Shown: one piece after another, positions 39,751 through 45,308 of the stretch
How positions within the stretch are numbered: the first letter of the stretch is position 1
How the letters are laid out: each line of letters opens with the position of its first letter
Assembly: GCA_045535385.1 (NCBI GenBank)
Contig: JAZSLN010000018.1
Span: 1 to 45,308, forward strand
Direction: 5' to 3'
From: Eubacteriales bacterium
GTDB lineage: Bacteria > Bacillota > Clostridia > Oscillospirales > CAG-382
Length of the DNA: 45,308 nucleotides
Program-made: the position numbers and the translations under genes
Notes under the pieces: generated by a model
What the model saw: only the letters and a program-made list of their open reading frames with translations
Database searches by the model: none
Told to the model about the DNA's origin: nothing

Positions 39751-40818
39751 ATGAATGTTAGCCTTGCAGATAAATTAAAAGAGCTTCGCAAAGCAAAAAA
39801 GGTTTCTCAAGAAAAACTTGCCGATTATCTCGGTGTTTCCTATCAGGCGGTCAGTAAATGGGAAAACGGAGTAACGTCGCCCGACATAATGCTACTACCC
39901 GATATAGCACGTTATTTCGGCATTACCGTCGACGAGCTTTTGCAGGCCGAAAAAATTGACGAAAAGGCATTATACAATGAATATGAAGCAAAAACAGCAG
40001 AGCTCTGCCGCAACGGACGAGACAGCGAAACGCTTGCTCTTTGGCAAGAAGCGTATAAAAAGATGCCGAACAATATCGAAGTAAAAGAAATGCTTATGTC
40101 AACATACTTCGATACCGACAAAGTGAAGTATCAAAAAGAAATTATTGAGCTTGGAACAGAAATATTCTACGGAGATTATCCGTCATATTACAAAGGGCAG
40201 GCTATCGAACAGGTTGCACGTACGTATGCATATAACGGAAACCGTGAAATGGCAGAAAAGTGGGCGTTCAAAGCGTTTCCGCTTATGCATTCGAGAGAAA
40301 TGCTGTTTGTTCAAATAACAGATGACGGCGAAGAAATGCTATCGGAATTTCGATTTGCAAATTATTGGTATTTGAACAGATTGTTCTATATGGCGGCGCG
40401 TATGTCCGGCTGCAAAAGCGTACCGGGCGGATTGGAATATACGCATTCGGCGGACAAAGCAATAGCGGCTGTATACGAACTTGTATTTCCTGATCTTGAC
40501 ATGGGTTTTGAAGACCTGCAACGGTTGTGTGTGCAATATAGAAGCATCGCCGAAGACGAGGTTTATTTGACAGGAAATGAAAAAGCAATTAAAAGCAACC
40601 TGACACGTGCGGTTGAATGTGCATTAAAGTCATTGACGGTAAAAGAACACGATTTGGTTCATCCGTTGGTAAAAGGTTGGAAAGTTTATGATGCTCCGGA
40701 GGATAATACTCAAATCGTAAGGTTGTTAAAATCAGAGTTGATGTGGGAATGTTTTGACGCATACCGAAACAAAGATTGGTTTGTCGAACTTGTCGCTCGG
40801 TTAGATAATGTTGAATAA
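39751..40818 (+). CDS. XRE-HTH regulator with helical (TPR-like) C-terminal domain, paralogue 1
   Basis: QEKLADYLGVSYQAVSKWENGVTSPDI..LP.IA.YFG...DELL followed by an all-helical region. Confidence 0.88.
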   Translation: MNVSLADKLKELRKAKKVSQEKLADYLGVSYQAVSKWENGVTSPDIMLLPDIARYFGITVDELLQAEKIDEKALYNEYEAKTAELCRNGRDSETLALWQEAYKKMPNNIEVKEMLMSTYFDTDKVKYQKEIIELGTEIFYGDYPSYYKGQAIEQVARTYAYNGNREMAEKWAFKAFPLMHSREMLFVQITDDGEEMLSEFRFANYWYLNRLFYMAARMSGCKSVPGGLEYTHSADKAIAAVYELVFPDLDMGFEDLQRLCVQYRSIAEDEVYLTGNEKAIKSNLTRAVECALKSLTVKEHDLVHPLVKGWKVYDAPEDNTQIVRLLKSELMWECFDAYRNKDWFVELVARLDNVE

Positions 40819-40862
40819 AGCAAAAGAGGGATCGTGCACGAAGTACGATTCCTCTTTTCGAT

Positions 40863-41861
40863 TCACAAAGATAAATTTGCAATTTCTCGTTTTGCCCAGT
40901 CAACACATTCGCCGTCGGAGATGCCGTAATCGTCGGAAAGCGATTTAATTATCAAATTCCACATTGATATCGCCTCGACTTTTCTTCCAAGGTTTGTGTA
41001 TAGAAATGCTCTTGCGTAAACCGAGTCCAATTCTTTGGGTTTGGGTGCTTTCTCGTAGGATTGTTCGTAAAGCAATATTGCCTTTTCGGAAAAACCGTGT
41101 TTGTTAAAACGTTCTGCAGCTTCGAAAAGTATATAATGGTCGTCGTTGTACTTTTGTGCTACAGATTCCCATATAGTAAACGCAGTATCTCTGTTACCGG
41201 TTAACATTTCTATATCCCCGAGTAATAAATCAAAAATTGCTTTGGGTACAGATGAAGCAATAAGCGTCTTCGCGTTGTCATATCTGCCTGCGATTATATA
41301 AACCTCAATCAGCTTCTCTTTGACTGTATCGTTCTTCGGGAACTTGTCGGAAAGAGATTCATAGAAATTTATTAGTCTGTCAGTTTCGCTCCGTTTGCGG
41401 CGAATACGAATGAGCTTTCCATGCAGAGCGATATTAGACGGTTCGAGCAAAATACCTTCTTCGCAAAGCCTGCCTGCGTTTAACGTATCGCGGTTTTCGC
41501 GGTGCTCGTAGAGTTCGACAAGCAGAGTTCTGGCATCATTGTTTTGGGGTTCGTCGCAAATAACGCCTTTTAAGTATCGCTCCGCCCAAACAAAATTTTC
41601 GTGGCTGATGGTGTGTTCGTCGCGTATCATATTGCCGATGCGCTCCATATAATCGTCTTTGTTAATTGCGAAAAGCGAATCGATGCTGACACCGAAAAAT
41701 AAAGCCAACTGCGGAATGATTGCGATATCGGGCGTGGTAGTGTTTGTTTCCCATTTTGAAACAGCTTGGAATGATACGCCGATTCTGTTCGCAAGCTCCT
41801 CCTGTGTAATTCCTCTTTCGGTTCTCAGCTTTTTTATTGTTGCTCCTAATTTAAGTTCCAT
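40863..41861 (-). CDS. XRE-HTH regulator with TPR domain, paralogue 2
   Basis: QEELANRIGVSFQAVSKWETNTTTPDI; TPR-like LGD...G..D.A...W and A..Y..LG...EA; start placed at ATG 41861 (GGAG RBS). Confidence 0.88.
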   Translation of the reverse strand: MELKLGATIKKLRTERGITQEELANRIGVSFQAVSKWETNTTTPDIAIIPQLALFFGVSIDSLFAINKDDYMERIGNMIRDEHTISHENFVWAERYLKGVICDEPQNNDARTLLVELYEHRENRDTLNAGRLCEEGILLEPSNIALHGKLIRIRRKRSETDRLINFYESLSDKFPKNDTVKEKLIEVYIIAGRYDNAKTLIASSVPKAIFDLLLGDIEMLTGNRDTAFTIWESVAQKYNDDHYILFEAAERFNKHGFSEKAILLYEQSYEKAPKPKELDSVYARAFLYTNLGRKVEAISMWNLIIKSLSDDYGISDGECVDWAKREIANLSL

Positions 41862-42030
41862 TACTAACTCCGTAAAAGTATTATCAGCTGACAATTGTAT
41901 TATATCCGAGAAATACGGATTAGTAAATAACCACGCGTTAGAATCAACTCGCTTGACAGGCGAATAGTGCTGATTTTTTCTATCAAAGATTGCATCGCAA
42001 CGGACAAACACAAGCCTAAAACACATGCTC

Positions 42031-42059
42031 TTGACATAGCGGTAAAAAAGGCTTACAAT
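42031..42059 (+). promoter_or_regulatory. Sigma-A promoter of the lipoprotein gene
   Basis: TTGACA, 17 nt, TACAAT. Confidence 0.7.
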
Positions 42060-42142
42060 AAAGACAGAATAAAGAGAATTGAATATCCTTCCGACCCGGC
42101 GGCAATTTACAACAAAAAATATTTTTTACAAAGGAGAGACCA

Positions 42143-42931
42143 ATGAAAAAAGTTATCTTGTTTACATTATCAGTCCTTTGCGTGTTGATGCTCCTTAGCG
42201 GATGCGGCGGTTCAAGTAAGCTCATAGGTGTGTGGGAAGAGGTTGACGGCGACGGAATACTTTACTTTGCCGAGGACAACAACGGTCTTTCGGCTAACGT
42301 GGTATATACCTCCGAATCCTTTGAGTACGAAGAAAAAGACGATACGCTTACCTTTATTGCGGAAAGCAGAGTAGAGACAAAATATGCCGTTGACGACAAA
42401 ATTCTTACAATAACGGCAGACGATACGAAATACCGTTACAAATTGGTTGAGCTTTCCGAAAGCGAGATCGAAGCATATCTTGCGGATCACGGCATAGACA
42501 TAAGCGTTCTGCCCGATGGCGGAAACGGCAGTAAAGAAGAATCTTTTGACGATTCCCGCCCCGACCTCGACACTTCGAAGGGGGACACCCCCGAAAAAGG
42601 CGATACTCCCGGTACGATGACCGACAAAGAGATTGCCGAATCGATCGTCGGAGCATGGAGAGGCGGCGATGACTCTATCACGATGGTCTATATCTTCTAC
42701 GAAGACGGCACCGGTATAGCGGGATTCTTCCCCTTCACCTATTCCGTCAAAGACGGTGTGATTTCGATGACTATAGAAGCCTTCGGAGAAGTTGCAAGTG
42801 GCAGCGGAAAATACGAAGTTTCAGGCGATTCCCTGACTGTTGTAGATGCCGACGGCGAGACACACGTATTACAAAGAGTCGATATGCCCGAAAATCTGCC
42901 CGAAATATCTTTCCCCGACAGATCAAACTAA
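42143..42931 (+). CDS. Lipoprotein with two tandem small beta domains (DUF5640-like)
   Basis: Lipobox LSGC; repeated module LIGVW...YFAED..G...FEY / IVGAW...IFYEDGTG...FTY; AAAGGAG RBS. Confidence 0.72.
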   Translation: MKKVILFTLSVLCVLMLLSGCGGSSKLIGVWEEVDGDGILYFAEDNNGLSANVVYTSESFEYEEKDDTLTFIAESRVETKYAVDDKILTITADDTKYRYKLVELSESEIEAYLADHGIDISVLPDGGNGSKEESFDDSRPDLDTSKGDTPEKGDTPGTMTDKEIAESIVGAWRGGDDSITMVYIFYEDGTGIAGFFPFTYSVKDGVISMTIEAFGEVASGSGKYEVSGDSLTVVDADGETHVLQRVDMPENLPEISFPDRSN

Positions 42932-43047
42932 ATTACACACAGTAAAGAGAACAACGCAAACGAGGAATCGTACTTTATGTGCGATTCCTTTTTAATTATT
43001 GCACCGCAGTATACAAAGAAAATGCCCCGCGAGAGCGGGGCTATATT

Positions 43048-43860
43048 TTATTCGCTTAACAGTTGTTCGATTTCTTTTCGTTGTTCGATTGCGCTTTCTA
43101 AAATAGTTGATTTGAAAAATTTTGTTTCGAGAAAATCTTCTTCGAAGGCATCGATTATTTTCAGGGCGATTTTGAATTGTGCATTAGCTTTTTCGGTTTC
43201 ACCGTTTTCTTTCAAGTGTTTGCCTGCAACCATAAGCATATCTATCAAGTCATACGCCGAAAGGTTTTTCTGCTTTTGCGCGGCTTCGTACATCTCTTCT
43301 CCTTCAAGAAGATGCGCAGCCACTTCAAGTTTTGTGAAATATATTTCGGGAATATGTTCAATGGCTTCTTTTGCTAATTGATATTCGCCTTTTGCCTTGT
43401 ATGCTTCCGCCATAATACGATATGCATCAAAACGCACGTCATCATATTTTGTGCTTTCGATAAGTGCTTTTCCGATTGTGATAACTTCATCATTCTTGCC
43501 CAATTCTGACATAACGCCTATCAAGCAATTTAATAAAACATCATTTCCCGGATACTTTTTCAATCCGTCGCGTATAACCTGCTCTGCTTTTTCTTTGTCT
43601 GTATCCCAATACTTGCTGTATTCATCAACAATAGCTTCAACTTTTTTCTCGACCTCATAAAGATTAAAGTCAAAAAGCTCGTCGGTGGTAACTCCAAAAA
43701 ACGAAGCGATCGCCGGAATCATCGCAACATCGGGCATCGTGTTTCCGTTTTCCCATTTTGAAACAGCTTGAAATGATACGCCAAGGTAATTAGCGAACAC
43801 TTCTTGAGAAATATTTCTCTGCTTTCTCAACGATTTGATTTTTTCTCCAAGTTTAATCAT
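43048..43860 (-). CDS. XRE-HTH regulator with TPR-like domain, paralogue 3
   Basis: QEVFANYLGVSFQAVSKWENGNTMPDV..IP.IA.FFGVTTDELF; LKKYPGN and MAEAYKAKGEYQLA helical repeats; GGAGG RBS. Confidence 0.88.
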   Translation of the reverse strand: MIKLGEKIKSLRKQRNISQEVFANYLGVSFQAVSKWENGNTMPDVAMIPAIASFFGVTTDELFDFNLYEVEKKVEAIVDEYSKYWDTDKEKAEQVIRDGLKKYPGNDVLLNCLIGVMSELGKNDEVITIGKALIESTKYDDVRFDAYRIMAEAYKAKGEYQLAKEAIEHIPEIYFTKLEVAAHLLEGEEMYEAAQKQKNLSAYDLIDMLMVAGKHLKENGETEKANAQFKIALKIIDAFEEDFLETKFFKSTILESAIEQRKEIEQLLSE

Positions 43861-44018
43861 CGTAATTCCTCCAAAATATTTTGGATCAGCGCTAATCTTG
43901 ATTTAATTATAGCTCATTTATAAAGAAATACAATAACGCATTCGGAGAGAATTTTTCTAACAAGGGTTGAATTTCATGCAAAACAAAGAAAAGCCCCACA
44001 AGAAGCGGGGCGAATGAA

Positions 44019-45305
44019 TTAAAGTGCGTATTCGCTTATACGGGTTTCGACCAAACGGTATTCAATATCATTGACAATCAATTTAGGATTGTCAGCAATG
44101 TGTTTCTTGAATTCATCGGTGTACCATTCGGTTTGTTCAATGCAATCAACCGATTCATACCAACGCATTAAAACAAGTCTACCGTTTGTATCAACGTAAT
44201 TTTCAGTGATATTGTTGTTATTTTGAACACGAATAAATTTGATCGTCTCAAATGTTCTTTCCCCTATTGTTACATCAAAGGCTCCCATTGTGTATCGAAT
44301 ATTATATTCGTCAATATAAATTTTATCATCAACAATCCTCGGAGGATTCTCTTTGATAAGCAACGGTCTGCCATGAACTCTGTCATTACCGTTAACAATT
44401 ACATCATAATCTTCTTCCAAAAAAGTGTATATCAATGTAGGGAAATCATCATCTTCGTCGCAATCACAATCAATTGTTGCAAGATCGCGAACATATTCAT
44501 CGGTAAGTTGCGAGAACCATATTTTTTCATTTTTGTAGAGTTTCCCTGCTCTGATATTGTAGGTATCTCTACATATTTTAACACCTGCAACCTCGTGTAT
44601 CATAGCTGCCTTGGGAACGTAACAAGTAGATACTAACGCAAGTTTATATCCGCGATATGTTCCTTCCGAATTTTTATTTCCGACAATCGGTACAATAAAA
44701 GATTCGTCGGCACATTTAACTTCAAAAAATGGACGAGAGCTTTCCTTGAGAATGAGCGCGGGCATATCCTCGGGGAAACCGCAGGTGTAATCTTTCTTTG
44801 CCATATTCTTTCTTCCTTTCTCAAACATCAAAATCTGTTCAGGGGTACACATAGAACGAAATTGTTTTCGCGCGTAATGTAAGCGACTTTTAACAGTACC
44901 AATTGGAATGTTCAAGCGTTTCGCAATATCAATTTGCTTATATCCTTGCACAGCTAGCTTTAACAGTTCTGCAGACTCTTTAGATAACAAATTCAAAACC
45001 TGATATGCGGTGTTGTCTTCCATTGTATCGGTATCAGCTATATCGGGTAATGCCTCTAACGAAATCAATTCGTTACCGTATTTTTTGCGAAACCACAAAT
45101 TACATTGATTTCGTGCAATGGATAATATCCAAGGCTTGAATAATTCTTTATTTCGAAGTTTTTCGTAACCAATATAAGCTGCATAATATGTTTCTTGAAT
45201 TACATCATCGGCATCAAAGGTGCTTGGCAATCTAAAATTGATATATCGCTCTACAACAACACGATGCTTTTTTAGCAATGCTTCAAAAGATAATTCTTGT
45301 TCCAT
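44019..45305 (-). CDS. ECF-type sigma-70 factor with ~260-aa C-terminal extension
   Basis: Region 2 DADDVIQETY...FKPWILSIARN; region 4 GYKQIDIAKRLNIPIGTVKSRLHYAR. The start lies 3 nt from the window edge, so its RBS is not visible. Confidence 0.88.
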   Translation of the reverse strand: MEQELSFEALLKKHRVVVERYINFRLPSTFDADDVIQETYYAAYIGYEKLRNKELFKPWILSIARNQCNLWFRKKYGNELISLEALPDIADTDTMEDNTAYQVLNLLSKESAELLKLAVQGYKQIDIAKRLNIPIGTVKSRLHYARKQFRSMCTPEQILMFEKGRKNMAKKDYTCGFPEDMPALILKESSRPFFEVKCADESFIVPIVGNKNSEGTYRGYKLALVSTCYVPKAAMIHEVAGVKICRDTYNIRAGKLYKNEKIWFSQLTDEYVRDLATIDCDCDEDDDFPTLIYTFLEEDYDVIVNGNDRVHGRPLLIKENPPRIVDDKIYIDEYNIRYTMGAFDVTIGERTFETIKFIRVQNNNNITENYVDTNGRLVLMRWYESVDCIEQTEWYTDEFKKHIADNPKLIVNDIEYRLVETRISEYAL

Positions 45306-45308
45306 ATG

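Noticed and set aside
36000-45308. Prophage or ICE downstream of tRNA-Gln
   Set aside because: No integrase, relaxase, terminase or structural genes, and the only att-like copy closes at 35949.

Overview
Chromosomal window from an endospore-forming Clostridia-type Bacillota bacterium (spoIIID, rbgA, TPP-riboswitch thiT, dockerins; standard code, TGA used as stop). About 1-35,400 is mostly housekeeping: rpoB-rpoC (rpoC cut by the window edge), rplS-lepB-rbgA-rnhB-yraN-thrC, thiT, minD-mgsA-like-hisS-aspS followed by a Gld-like ABC system, an OFA-family MFS gene, spoIIID, ribokinase and pncC/cinA. It also holds a WYL regulator, a VTC/DUF4956/Cthe_2159 operon and a BspA-LRR-dockerin + XRE unit between 68-bp direct repeats. 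tRNA-Gln(CTG) at 35,380-35,454 is followed by a ~500-bp non-coding insert closed by a 20-bp copy of the tRNA 3' end. That insert holds a very regular 'ladder': four GT(T/G)ATAT and four ATATCAC motifs separated by hairpins, able to fold into three consecutive four-way junctions. This is my best candidate for an undescribed element. Downstream is an accessory region with three paralogous XRE-HTH/TPR-like regulators sharing a 13-bp operator-like motif, a second dockerin protein and an ECF sigma factor with a long C-terminal extension. Also notable are an MgsA homologue lacking its catalytic residues and an in-frame TGA at codon 10 of the MFS gene. All calls are by eye; no searches or folding programs were run.
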